Origin: Hyaloraphidium curvatum SAG 235-1
Lineage: Eukaryota > Fungi > Monoblepharomycota
DNA length: 64,000 nt
Assembly: GCA_025558095.1 (NCBI GenBank)
Contig: JAIVFI010000023.1
Location: forward strand, 620,001 to 684,000
Reading direction: 5' to 3'
Part shown: piece by piece, positions 24,504-35,885 of the stretch
How positions within the stretch are numbered: position 1 is the first letter of the stretch
How the letters are laid out: each line of letters begins with the position of its first letter
The notes under the pieces: model-generated
The model's database searches: none
The model's input: the letters and a program-made list of their open reading frames with translations, nothing else
Told to the model about the DNA's origin: nothing
Position numbers and translations under genes: made by a program

Positions 24504-26087
24504 ATGGACGCCAATTCGGCCGTGGACTCGGCCGTAGACGTCGACGCACCGCCGTCGCCAACGCGGCTCGTCGGCGAGCTGCAGGAGACGCGGGCGACGC
24601 TGAAACGGACCCAGGCGACCCTTCGCCGGGCCGAGGAGCGCGCCCACGCCGTCGAGCAAGCAGTCGCGCCCTTCCTCCCGCGTCAATTCGTCGAGATCCT
24701 CGGGAAGTCAGACTTCACCGAGATTCGCCTCGGAGACGCCCGGGAGTCGAAGTTGACTATCTTCTTTCTGGATATCCGCGGATTCACGACCCTCGCGGAG
24801 GGCATGACTCCGGCGGAGGTGTTTGCCTTTGTCAACTCCTTCTTCGCCGCGCTGGTCCCAGAAATCGAAGCACATCGCGGTTTCGTGGACAAGTACATTG
24901 GCGACGCCATTATGGCGCTGTTCCCGGGGGGCCCGGGCTCGCCCTCGGGTGCCGAGGATGCGATAGCCGCCGCCAACGCGGTGCTCGCCGCGCTGGACAG
25001 GTTCAACGCGGCCCGAGAGGGCGTCCCCGTTCGCGTGGGGATTGGTCTCAACACGGGCCCGGCAATCGTGGGCACCGTGGGCACCGGGGAGAGGATGGAG
25101 ACAACGGTCATTTCGGACGCCGTGAATCTGGCGTCGCGGCTCGAGAGCCTGACAAAGGTGTACGGCGTCCCACTCATCATCTCCGAGGCCACGCTGTACG
25201 CTTTGGGGCATCTCCCAGGGCCGACGACCAGGTTCCTGGACCGGATCAGGGTCAAGGGGAAGAACCAGCCTCATTCCATCTACGAGTTGTTCGACTCGGA
25301 CCCGGAGCCGCTGCGGGAAGCAAAATCTCGGACCAGGACGATGTTCGAGGAAGCCGTGGCGCTGTACGCGCACAAGGACGCCGCAAGGGCGCTCCCCCTC
25401 TTTGAATCCTGCCTGAAAGAGGCGCCGCAGGACCTCCCCGCGATGGTCTACACAGACCGGTGCCGTGCGTTCCTCGCCACGGGCGCGCACGAGGGCAGCG
25501 GCGAGCTGCTGGCGACCACGCCGTGGCGGGACGAGTTCACCGTCGGTGTGGACAAGATTGACGAGCAGCATCACGAGCTACTTGATGCGTTCAATCGGTT
25601 GGCCCCTTGCCTCACGGGCGGCGACGCCGAAGAAGTCAAGGACGTTCTGGCCTTCATCGACAGCTACGTCAACGACCATTTCGGCATGGAGTACCACCTG
25701 ATGAAGGATCACGACTATCCTTTCATGCAGGAGCACCTGCGCGAGCACCGCAGCTTCGTGGAGCACTTCCGGAGACTCCGCGAAGACATCGAGTCGCGGA
25801 GACACGCACAGCCTTTTCTTGTCTTCATGATTCAGACGCTGCTGATCGATTGGTTCGGTGAGTGAGGCAACGGGCTTCCAAGCACGATAAGAGATCATCA
25901 TCTGACTCTCCGATCCCCAGCTAACCATTCGACCGGCACGGACCGGCACCTGGCCAAGTTTCTGCGGCGGCTTTGGGACGGGCGCAGCCGGTCGCCATCG
26001 GACGAGCGGCCGCCCGAGATCGTGGACGGGGTGGCGGAGATGAACGTGCCGGAATGGTCGGCGCTAACAGCGACAAACCCGCAATAG
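24504..26087 (+). CDS. Class III adenylyl cyclase fused to a TPR-like helix pair and a C-terminal bacteriohemerythrin domain
   Basis: Cyclase motifs FLDIRGFT, DKYIGDAIMA, VGIGLNTG, TTVISDAVNLASRLE and VKGK. Hemerythrin motifs W..EFTVGVDKIDEQHHEL, HFGME, HLREH and, after intron 25858-25920, WFANHSTGTDRHLAKFL. Confidence 0.9.
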
Positions 26088-26141
26088 ATCAAGGTCCACC
26101 TGCGTCGATCCGACCCGACTTTTGTCTATTGCATCTGTCGA

Positions 26142-28339
26142 TCACAGCTTCCCCTGCGGTGCCCGCTCGACAATGTAGTGCTCGTACTCGGGCGCATAGA
26201 TGGCGCGGTGGTGATGGAGACCGCTCCCCGGCCACATGATGAGGTAATTGGATTCGCGGTCCTGGTAGCTGCACGGCGGACACGGCCAGTCAGCATGTGG
26301 TTCCCGTGCGCGGCGGTGTACCCACTATCCCCCGCACGGCTCGATCCAAACGGAGCCCTTGAGGAACTCCTGCGCCTCGCGGTCGAACCGGTCCACCTCC
26401 TCCCGCTTGACCTCGTAGCTGAGGATGGTGGAGTCGCACTGCCACCTGACGATCATCTGGAAAGCCTGCGGGGCCACGAGGGGTGCGGTCAGCACGGGCG
26501 AGGACATCCGGCGCGCGGAGCAGCCCCCACATAGTTGATCTGCTGCTGCGTGGAAGCGAAGATTGAGTTCTGGGTCTTGGGCGGGTACGGCCCCTGGTCG
26601 GAAGAGCAGGTCGGATGCGCAGCTTCCACGAGCAGCACGAAACCAACCATGGTATAGAAGAAATTCGGAAAGCCATCCACAGTTACGCTCCTGTACGCGG
26701 TCGGATGCGGCTTGAACCTCTCCCACAGATCCTTGCCGCCGCGCCCCGTGATCTTCATCCGCGGGTTCTTGTAGGTCACGTCGAACCCCGTCGCGGTCAC
26801 CAGCAGATCCAGCTTGGTTTGCTTCTCTGCGCCATCCGCGCCGCGGGTGATCACCCCCGCCTCGTCGATCCGCACGATCGGTTCGCGGTTCACCGTAACC
26901 CAGGGCATCTGGATGGCCTCGAGGAACGGGGTCGTGAGGGTGTAGCGGCGGCAGCCGATCGAATAGGATGGCATCTGCGAGGGCAGGTAAGCAAAGCAAA
27001 GGGGAGGCGCGAGCAGCGAGGCTCACCAGGCTCTCGAGGAGCGCTTTGTCCTTGATGTTCTTGTGCATGTGCTCGATCGCCTTGGCCTGGAGGACCTTTT
27101 GGACCCTCGAGCCGGGGAAGTAGCCGGTGAAGGCCTTCTCGCCGGCCACGTAGCCCTCGAGCGCGTATCGGTAAAACCCCTTCGGGTCGTTCAGCACCTT
27201 CTTCATCTCCGGCGTGAGCTTCATCGGCGAAGTCTCGGGGAGGATGTAGCTCGCTGGGCAGATCGTGAGCAATGGCTTCGCAACGGAATAAGCTCAGAAC
27301 CCACGCGTCCGCATGAAAACCGTCATGTGCCCATCCTTGACGACGGGCGAAAGCGCGCCGACGACCTGCATCCCAGAGCTGCCAGTGCCGATCACCCCGA
27401 CGCGGTCCGTCGGCTTAACGACCAGGTCCTGCGGCCACTGAGCCGTGTGCACCGAGTTGGGGAATAGGTCGAAACCGGGAATGGCGGGCTTCTTGGCGCG
27501 GTTGAGGAACCCGGTCCCGAGTATCACAAAGTCCGCCTCGTCGGCCAGCCGCCCGCCACGCGTGTCGACGGCGATCCGCCACTTCTTCTTGTCCTCCAAC
27601 CACTCGAGCTCCCTGACCTCGGCCTCTAGGGTGGTGTTCGCAAGCACGTTATACTTTTTGGCAACGAAATCGAAGTAGCGCATGATCTCCGGGCCTTTCG
27701 CGTATCCCTCCGACCAGTCGTTGTTCTCGAAGCGGAATGTGTACGAGTAGGAGGGCACGTCGCAGCGTACCCCTGGGTACCTGTTGTGCACCCTATGGCG
27801 CGGTGTCAACGCCGTGTCGAGACGCCGGATGCGGGCACCCACCAAACTCCTCCAAACAGCGAGTTCATCTCGTATATCCTGAAGGTGGCATTCTTCAGGC
27901 GCCACTGGGCCATGATGCCGAAGCTGATCGGGGAGGGAATGGCACGTCAGATCCCGATTCCTCCTACTCGAAGGGACGACGGCGCCCACTTTATCCCCGC
28001 CATCCCTCCGCCGACAAACACGATCCGTACGGGCCGCGGATCATCGGAGGTGTACTCCGGCTCCGGCGAGAAGGCCATCAGCTCGCGCTCCGGGTCAGGA
28101 AGGTAGAGAGGTTCCAACGGGTGCGTCGCGGGGGTCACGAGCGAGGCGCCGCGGTACATCCCGTAGGGGTCGGCGCGCGAGAAGCCGCGCGGGTCTCGGG
28201 CCACGCGGCCGCCCGCCGTCTCGTCGCCGCTCGCGAAGTCGCCGGGGCGCAGACCGGGCGGGAGCACCGGCCGCGGGAACGCGGCGGGGAACCGCTGCGA
28301 CTGCGGGAACGCGGGCTCCGGGCGGTCCGCCGCCGCCAT
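26142..28339 (-). CDS. Flavin-dependent monooxygenase (Baeyer-Villiger type), multi-exon
   Basis: FAD motif VGGGMAG, NRYPGVRCDVPSYSY, BVMO-like FPNSVHTAQWP, NADPH motif VIGTGSSG, GCRR, ATGF and DGFPNFF. The spliced C-terminus ends -QGKL. Confidence 0.88.
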
Positions 28340-28806
28340 GCTTGCTGCAGGTCGGGCTGGTCGGTCTGCGGCGCCGTACGCGACAGGAGTGGGGCAGATT
28401 CGGGATCTGTGTTTCCAGTGGGGGGCACCAACCAGCCCGTGTGCGGCAAATTCCTTCGCATCCACCTGGCCGACGAGGGTTCGTTCGGTCCACTCGCGCC
28501 GGGGACGATGCTGATCAGCAGGGAGCGTGCGGCCGCGAGGTGTGGCCGCCAGGATCCGCGGCATGTCGGAGCAGTGGACTTGGCTCGCGCAGGATGTCAT
28601 TGGCCAGCCGGATCGAAGGATGAGAAAACGCAATTTAAAAACGCCAGTCAGCCTCGGAGAGGGAAGCTCAAGCGTGTTCCGGCTTCCATGCTGCTTACAT
28701 CAACGAGCTCCAGGACAGGCCGGAGGGGCGATGATCCTACATCTCGTCCTTGCAGCGCCTCCGTGTCGTTTGGGACCCCAAGTTGCCCTTGCGGTCCAAA
28801 GCCGAA

Positions 28807-29559
28807 TCAAAGGAAGGCTTGCGTCGCGCCTCCGTCCACGAGGATCGACTCGCCCGTCACCGCGACGCTGTCGTCCGAGGCCAGGAAAACCACCGCCTTC
28901 GCCACCTCCTCCGCCGCGGTCAGCCTTCCCCTGGGCGTTTTGGCGATCCTGCTCTTGACCACCTCCGGATCCACGTTGATCCCCACGCCCTCGGTAGGCA
29001 CCGAACCAGGGCAAACACAGTTCACGCGAATTTGAAGCTTCCCGAGGTCCACCGCCGCGCTCCTGGACAATCCGAGGACCCCTGCCTTCACGCCACAGTA
29101 CGCCATGGCCCTCGGCAGGCCCTTGAACGCCGCTGCCGAAGCTATGTTGACGACGCTGCCGCCGTTCTCCATGGCTTCAGCGGCGGCCTGGATCCCGAAG
29201 ACGACCGATTTGAACCCCGTCCCCACCATGCGGTCCAGCGCGTCCTCCGTCAGCTCCTGGACGGGGCCATAGCGGACCCACATCGCGTTGTTGACGATGA
29301 CGTCGAAACGGCCGTGCTTCTCCCGCATCGCGCGAACGGCCGCGAAAACGTCCGCCTTCTTGGACACGTCGCCCGCGAACGCGGCCGCCTTGCCGCCACG
29401 CGCTTCGATGGCGCTGCAGACCTCCTGGGCGACGTCCACGGAGCGGTCCAGGATGCCGACGGTGGCACCCTCAGCGGCGAGCGCGTTGGCGCAGGCACGC
29501 CCAATTCCTCGAGCGCCGCCCGTAACGAGGGCGACCTTGCCGTCGAGGCGTCCGGGCAT
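28807..29559 (-). CDS. Classical SDR oxidoreductase, intronless, bacterial-like
   Basis: LDGKVALVTGGARGIG, VNNA, NIAS, YCGVK, IRVNCVCPG and VTGESILVDGG. Confidence 0.92.
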   Translation of the reverse strand: MPGRLDGKVALVTGGARGIGRACANALAAEGATVGILDRSVDVAQEVCSAIEARGGKAAAFAGDVSKKADVFAAVRAMREKHGRFDVIVNNAMWVRYGPVQELTEDALDRMVGTGFKSVVFGIQAAAEAMENGGSVVNIASAAAFKGLPRAMAYCGVKAGVLGLSRSAAVDLGKLQIRVNCVCPGSVPTEGVGINVDPEVVKSRIAKTPRGRLTAAEEVAKAVVFLASDDSVAVTGESILVDGGATQAFL

Positions 29560-29850
29560 CGGGGAATGGGAGGTTCGATGAACGACGAGGTGGCGAGCCG
29601 CGGGTGTGGAGTGGCGTTTGAAGTTGGGCGGGAGACAGCGCAGGACTATGGAGGCAAGGCAGTCATCCGCTCTCCCTCCATCAGATCGCGATCTTCTTTC
29701 GGTAAGACAAGTTTTGAATCCATCCGACGTCTCGACCAGAACTGCTTGAGTGTTGCTGTTCTTCCCGCACCCAATCCGGCCCCACAGCTCAGTAGCTCGC
29801 TTCTTCCTACGCCCCACGTCGGCCGAAAACGTCCCCTACTCAGACCCGCC

Positions 29851-30354
29851 TCACAGCTTCGGCATCTTCAGGATCTTGTGCAGCATCTTGCCCACCGGCC
29901 TCCCCTTGAGCTCGATGCGGGCCCGGTAACGCACCACGATCCGTAGCGCCGCGATCCTCCACCGATCCTGCCTGACCAGGCGCCATTGGTGCGTCCCGAT
30001 GAGCACGACCGAGTCGTCGACGATCTCGAGGTAGTACGAGAGCATGCGCGCCTGGTCGCCGTCGAGCTCGATCTCGTGATTGGTAGAGAAGTGTCCAGTC
30101 ACGACGGCGGGCTTGGGGCCCCCGCTGAAGTCCTTGCCGCCCTCGGTGTAGGCCTTCACGACGGCATCGCGGCCACGGTGCACGCCGTCCATGCTGCCCA
30201 GGCCGTCGCTTTCCAGCACGCAGTCCTCGGCAAACGTCTCCCGCGCCAGGCCGGGCGTGTCGAACACGTCGAGCCGGTGGCAGTACTCGTACGCGACGGC
30301 CCTCACGGCGTCGAGGTCCTCCAGGCGCCGCACGCGTTCCTCAAGGGTGGTCAT
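29851..30354 (-). CDS. SnoaL-like/NTF2-family protein (LinA/BaiE-like), intronless
   Basis: MTTLEERVRRLEDLDAVRAVAYEYCHRLD, GRDAV, GHFSTNHEIELDGDQA and WRIAAL. Ends -PKL. Confidence 0.85.
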   Translation of the reverse strand: MTTLEERVRRLEDLDAVRAVAYEYCHRLDVFDTPGLARETFAEDCVLESDGLGSMDGVHRGRDAVVKAYTEGGKDFSGGPKPAVVTGHFSTNHEIELDGDQARMLSYYLEIVDDSVVLIGTHQWRLVRQDRWRIAALRIVVRYRARIELKGRPVGKMLHKILKMPKL

Positions 30355-30693
30355 CGGGGGCAAGGTGCACGGACGGGGAGCCGGGGGAGACACGGGTTGC
30401 AGGGGCGCCGGCGAAACGCGACAGCGAAGGACGCCGCGACGCTTTCTTTGTGTGATATGCGCGCTGCGCGATTGCTCGGACGCGCAGGCAGCAGCGAAAC
30501 CGGTTGAGGGGCGGAGGGCGACGAGTCGCGAATCGGATGCCGCCACTCGCGGCGCGGATCGAGACTCGATCGCTGCCACAACAACGGAGAATCCAACGTG
30601 GATAGAATAAAGATGAATCAAAGACAGAGCATAGCGCAGAGGATAGTGAAACGGCCTCAAGATTCGGACATCCAGTCGGAGGCAGCACCAAAG

Positions 30694-31698
30694 CTACATC
30701 TTCGAAACCGCGAACCTCCCCACCGCGTACGAAGGTCTTTCCCGCACCCGTGCGAGGTAATCCACGACGGCCTGGTGCTTTCCTGCACGATCGTGAGCAA
30801 GGTGATCGGCCCGAAGAGCAGTGCGCGCCCACCATTGCCCCATATCCGCCCCTCGTACCCGTGGAGCACCATGACGTCGAACGTCGTCACCGCGCAGGCA
30901 TCTGCGATGCTGCGGAAGCAATGCAAGTCAGGTCAAATCCCAACGTAGTAGGATAGGCCAGCAACCAACGTGAATTCGGGTCCGCAGATGAAGTCCCGTC
31001 GCGGATCCTTCCCATCGGCGAGCAGGATCCCCTCGATTTCCGACACAATCAGCTCCGCCTTGTCCGTGCCCCACGGAGGTCCCAGCTTGACGGCATCGGC
31101 AACTTTGGCCTTGTTCTGAGGCCGACCAGAGGAACTGTTCAGGCGACCGGCCAAGGCGACACCTCCCGGCGTGTCCCACCACAGCCATCCGCTCTCGGTA
31201 CTTTTCCTTGAGCACGGGATCGGTGGCCTTCGCCAGCATCGCGGCGGCCGCCTCCGCCCTCCCCCTCCACTTGTCCAGCTGCTGTTCCCTCGCCGCATCC
31301 CCCGCCGCCGCGAAACCGGCGTGCATGTACCCCAGATCCCCGTCGTAGAACCTCCGCACGAACGCCTCGGCCTTGGCGCCGCCCAAAGAAGGCTTGCGCC
31401 GCGCGCAGTATGAGAGCATGTTCCGCGACTCGGTGATTGTCTCCCCCCCGGGGAGCACCAGCGTCGGCACCGTGCCCGCCGGGTTCACGCGCAGGTAGTC
31501 CGGCGACGCGTTGTCGCCCCGTCCGAGGTCGATCAGGCGGGAATCCCAGGCGAGGCCGGCCTCGGCGAGCGCGATGCGCGCGACGGCGGAGAAGAAGGAG
31601 GCAGCTGGGGAGCGTCAGACGCGCCGCCGGACCGGGCACCGCGGAGGAGGGTGCCTACAGAAGTGGTAGAGGACAAAAGCGGGAGTGTTTGGAGCCAT
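30694..31698 (-). CDS. Glutathione S-transferase family protein, multi-exon
   Basis: Spliced LYHFSASFFSAVARIALAE, PDYLRVNPAGTVPTL, ITESRNM, FICGPEFTL|ADA and DYLARVRERPSY. The predicted C-terminus is -SKM. Confidence 0.85.
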
Positions 31699-32084
31699 CT
31701 TCGGGGTGGGAGACCGCAGAAAGGTGCAATGTTTACAAGGCACGCGTGCTTTGCCCGCTCGCTGCGCTCGCTCCGCAAGCGCACTTGCCTTGGCGCTGGC
31801 GCGCAGCCTTTAGGCCTTCATAATTAGATTTAACTCATAAATTGTTTTCGTCCGGATATACTATGGCATGCGGAACGATGATGCCATCGGCGCCCAGGTC
31901 CTTGCACGCATTTTGCAATCGGGACCGCCGGCGGCGCTTTGCAAAGGGAAGAACGGCGCCATCTTTCTGTTACAAAGATGCAGGATCATCGTCCGAGACT
32001 GTGAAACCATTTTGGCCCGTGCCAGGTTTGCGACAGGTTGGGAAGGACATGCATCGCCAGGCAGGAATCTGCAGACGCATTTCA

Positions 32085-32382
32085 CGTCATCCACGGATAT
32101 GAATGCGGCGTCCAGGATCGCTGAAGGGTGCCGTCGGGGTGCAGTTCAGTCCAGGAGCCCGAAGTCGATCACCCGCCCTTCGGGAGGGCCTGTCACGGCA
32201 GAGCGGGGCATGGAATGGCAGAGCAACGTGCTTATCGTCATCCACGGGATATAAATGCGGCGTCCAGGACCGTCGAAGGGTGGCCGTCGGGGTCCAGTTC
32301 CGTCCAGGAGCCCAAAGTCGATCACCCGCCCTTCGGGAGGGCCTGTCACGGCAGAGCGGGGCATGGAATGGCAGAGCAACGT
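32085..32382. repeat. Tandem duplication, two copies of about 150 bp
   Basis: 32085-32229 and 32236-32382 are nearly identical; both end in ...GGCATGGAATGGCAGAGCAACGT. Confidence 0.9.
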
Positions 32383-32607
32383 ACTTTTTGTTATCCGCTT
32401 ACAAACTTGCGTCGGGTAAAGTCGCCGAACGGTGTGGTCGCCAGTCTGACGGCGCTGGGGACGTTGGTCAGCTTCAGACCTCGGGAGACAGTTCGGCCCG
32501 GGAGGTAGCAGGGCGACCATGCATCATAGCTTCCGTCGCATAGCTTGCTCGCGCTAGACGATAGAGCACCACTTCTAGGCATTAAACGGTGATCAGATCT
32601 GGAGAGC

Positions 32608-32838
32608 TTGGTGACTGGGCAGTGCATTGCGTCCCTGATCTATTGCGGGCCAGAGTGCCAGGCCAAGGACTGGCCGATTCACAAAAAGCTATGCCAGCCT
32701 CGCTCGAAAGTAAAGGAAGAAGAGGCACCCGATTCTGGAGCCCCGAAGGAAGAACTTGGTGTTGCCGCTGAGCTCGATCCGGATCCTTCCGACCTTGCCT
32801 CGAAAACAGCGAGCACAGGGGCCGACCGGAAACTGTAG
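32608..32838 (+). pseudogene. Remnant of a MYND zinc-finger gene (C-terminal half only)
   Basis: YCGPECQAKDWPIHKKLC. The upstream frame is broken by stops and by the tandem duplication. Confidence 0.55.
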
Positions 32839-32979
32839 ACATCCAGCATCAGCGTAATGTATAACGCATATCTACCGCCAATCTGCCAAAATGCGTGTGG
32901 ATGACCGTCCTTGGGGAGGGATCCGCTCAGGGTGCCCCGCCTGCTGACGGACCCTTGAAGAGCGGCCTTTCCATTCCCC

Positions 32980-34302
32980 ATGGAGACCCCGCAGCGCGTG
33001 CCTACCGGGACCATGCCCGAGTCGCCGACGTCGCCGGGCCGCGCGGACCGGCTGCTGTTGCGCCGGGCGCTGCGCGACCTCGCCCGCGGCGCCCTTTTCG
33101 CCCACCGGCCAGTCCTCGTGGCCGCCTGCGACCGCGCCGCCAAGGCGCTGCCGAAAGACCTCAAACCGGCACAGGCCGACGTCGACCTTTTGGCGTCGGC
33201 TCTGCACGCCCTGCAGGCGGACGCGCACTCTCACGGCGTCGCGGACCTCCCAACCTTCCTGAAAGGCAACGCCTTGGTGCCCGAAGGCGTGGATCCCGAG
33301 GGTCTGGCTGTCCTGCTGCGGACCGAGGATGCTGCCACCGCTCTGAGGGAGCGCCTCGCCGGCGCAACGCTTTCGGAGCTGGCCGCCCGCTCGCTGTTCG
33401 ATCCGGACGACGAGGACGGAGACAACGCGTCGGAGGCCTCCGAATCCCACATCAACCGGCTGCGGGGCGTCACAAGATCGGTCTCGGCTTTCCTCTCGCT
33501 CGCTGCCGACGTCAGCAAGAAGGCCTACCCAAAGGCCAAGGTCGCGGCAACCGCAATCGACAAATGGACGGCCGTCCTATCTTACACCGTACCCCTCCTG
33601 GTCGCCCTCTTTGTTGTCTTTGAGTTTCTGCCTCGCTCCATCCAGCCGCAGGCACTGGTGCTCCTGCTCTCAGTCGCCTTTCTCCGGCGCTCGACCTGGC
33701 TCCTTTCGGGAAAGCACTCAGGCCTCGCCGAGCTCGCCCTCGTCATCCTCCTGGGCGCCTGGTTCCTGTACGTCACTTCCCCCTCGGAATCCGACCCACC
33801 CACCTTGGCTACTCTCAAATCCACCGCCCGCTGGCCCGCCGAGCGCTCCGCCGCCCTCGCGTACCGGATCTCGGCCTCGGTCGCGGACACCCTCGGCATC
33901 GACGACCTCGTGGAGCTCGGCGACCGCGCCGCGGATGCCGCTTACGATGCCGCCAGGAGAGCGGTCCAGGCCACGGTGCCGCAGCTGGAACGGATCGGCG
34001 AGGTGCTCTCCAATGTCCAGGAGGCGCTCTCGCAGTTCAACACGACGGCCATCGGGGAAATGGCCGAGGACGCGGGCGAGGCGATGATGGACATGGCCAA
34101 GTCGGCTGGGAGCGCGGTTGCGGATGCCGTGAGCGACGTGGTGCCGGACGCGGTGGAGGAGATGGCCAAGGAGGCCTTCAACGACGCGGCCGAGTTCGTG
34201 GACGACGTGGGGGACGCGATCGCCGAGGGCGTGCAGGACATTGGCGAGGTGGCGGGGGGTTGGATCAAGGGGATCGGGCGGATGTTTGGACGAGGGTCGT
34301 GA
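32980..34302 (+). CDS. Hypothetical membrane protein with an acidic amphipathic C-terminal helix region
   Basis: 440-codon ORF with about three hydrophobic segments followed by Ala/Asp/Glu-rich helical repeats. Confidence 0.65.
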   Translation: METPQRVPTGTMPESPTSPGRADRLLLRRALRDLARGALFAHRPVLVAACDRAAKALPKDLKPAQADVDLLASALHALQADAHSHGVADLPTFLKGNALVPEGVDPEGLAVLLRTEDAATALRERLAGATLSELAARSLFDPDDEDGDNASEASESHINRLRGVTRSVSAFLSLAADVSKKAYPKAKVAATAIDKWTAVLSYTVPLLVALFVVFEFLPRSIQPQALVLLLSVAFLRRSTWLLSGKHSGLAELALVILLGAWFLYVTSPSESDPPTLATLKSTARWPAERSAALAYRISASVADTLGIDDLVELGDRAADAAYDAARRAVQATVPQLERIGEVLSNVQEALSQFNTTAIGEMAEDAGEAMMDMAKSAGSAVADAVSDVVPDAVEEMAKEAFNDAAEFVDDVGDAIAEGVQDIGEVAGGWIKGIGRMFGRGS

Positions 34303-34546
34303 TGTCCAGCACGGAGAGCAAGCGGAGGAACTGGAGAGGCTTGGGGCATTGGAACGGGAGGAAACAGCAGAAGTCGATACCAGCACACCAGACAGGAACG
34401 CATCTTGGCTATTCCTCTTGTACGATACGCTCTTTGATTACAGCTTGTTGAGATCAGTGAAATTCACACAGGTTTGCCTCGATCGCGAGGCGCATCGAGT
34501 CACAAGCCGTCCACCCCTCCGCGTCGCCATCGCCCGCCCCGCCGCC

Positions 34547-35885
34547 ATGCAGATCTTCGTCAGGACCCTCACCAACAAGACCATCACCCTCCTCGTCGGC
34601 GCCGAAGAAACGGTCGACGAGCTGAAGGCGAAGATTCACGAAAAGGAGGGCGTCCCGCCGCACGAGCAGCAGCCGCCGCCTCGGTCTCCACCGCCCAGCC
34701 GCCCGCCCACCCCCGCTCAGCCGCGCCCGCGCCGTCCAACTTGCCGTACTCCATCGTGCCTGCGCCGCCGCCGAATATCTGGCCCTGCCGCAGAAGATGG
34801 GAGGGGCGGGGTGGGCTACAGCCGAGGGGTGCCGCCGACCTCCCACCCCTCCCGGCACGTCTCCCGCGCCAGCCCCGCCCGCGCAGCGCAATGGAGCGCG
34901 TCCTCCGAGCCACGTCGGGGGTCTGCGTGCCTCGGACGCGGTCGGTCTGTGGGGGCTGCCCCTCGGGGGTTTGGGCGTGCGCACCGCCCCCCTCCGCACG
35001 CCCGCAACGCTCCCCGGCCATCACAACGGGCAGTGGGCATTTTTGAAATCTGACACCACTTTTGGCGTGGAACAGACCCCCTGCGGTCACGTTGCGGGGT
35101 CGTCCGGGCCCGTACGATGCGTTGCGGCCGAGAAATGGGCGAAGTCCGAAACCCCGAGCTAGCAGGTAGCGGCGGGGGTACGGGCCTGCCTGCGGCGCGG
35201 GTACGTGCCCGCTGACGCGGGGCTCGCTGGCGCTCGCGGGGCCGCTCCGCGGCAAAGCTAGCAAGGGAGCCAGCGCCGGGGACGCGGATCAGACTTCCGC
35301 AGCGCAAGTTAGAGTCGTGTCCGTTCGCGCACCGATGTAGAGTCACAGCGGTGCCAGCGAGGTCGGGGAAGCAGCTCCAGGACGGGTGGAAGCTCACTGG
35401 TGAGCAGTTGAAAGCGTCGAATTACGTGCCGGTGGGCCTGGGGTGTGCGGCGGACTGTGATCGACCGCTGACCTGTCGGTCGCCCCCCGTATCTCGCGCC
35501 TTGCGGCTAATGCCACCATCGCGACGACCACAGACTACGCCATCCGCAATGACTCGACGCTGCACCTGGTGCTGCGCCTGCGGGGCCGCGGAGTGCAGAT
35601 CTTCGTCAAGACCTTGACCGGAAAGAGCATCGGCTTCAACGTCGACCTCGCCAAGGACACCGTCACCGACCTCAAGGTGCGGACCTTGCTCTGTTACACT
35701 GCGTCTTGAGGAGCGACTGACTCATGCTGCAGCGGATGATCGACAAGAGGGAGGGTATCCCCGTTGAGCAGCAGCGCCTCATCTACGGGGGCAAGCAGGT
35801 CCAGGACAACGTCATGCTGGCCGACTACGGGGTCCTGAAGGAATCGACGCTCCACCTCGTGCTGCGCCTGAAGGGAGGGCTCTAA
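34547..35885 (+). CDS. Tandem di-ubiquitin-like protein; the first unit is interrupted, so it may be a pseudogene
   Basis: Unit 1: [15 protein letters not shown]...EGVPPHEQQ / [11 protein letters not shown]|[20 protein letters not shown]. Unit 2: [13 protein letters not shown]...|...[16 protein letters not shown]...[14 protein letters not shown]. Introns 35400-35533 and 35677-35732. Confidence 0.75.

Noticed and set aside
24504-30354. Bacterial contamination or a chimeric contig
   Set aside because: The cyclase and BVMO contain spliceosomal introns and are interleaved with clearly fungal genes.
32085-32382. Possible CRISPR-like array
   Set aside because: There are only two long adjacent copies, with no spacers and no cas genes, in a eukaryotic context.
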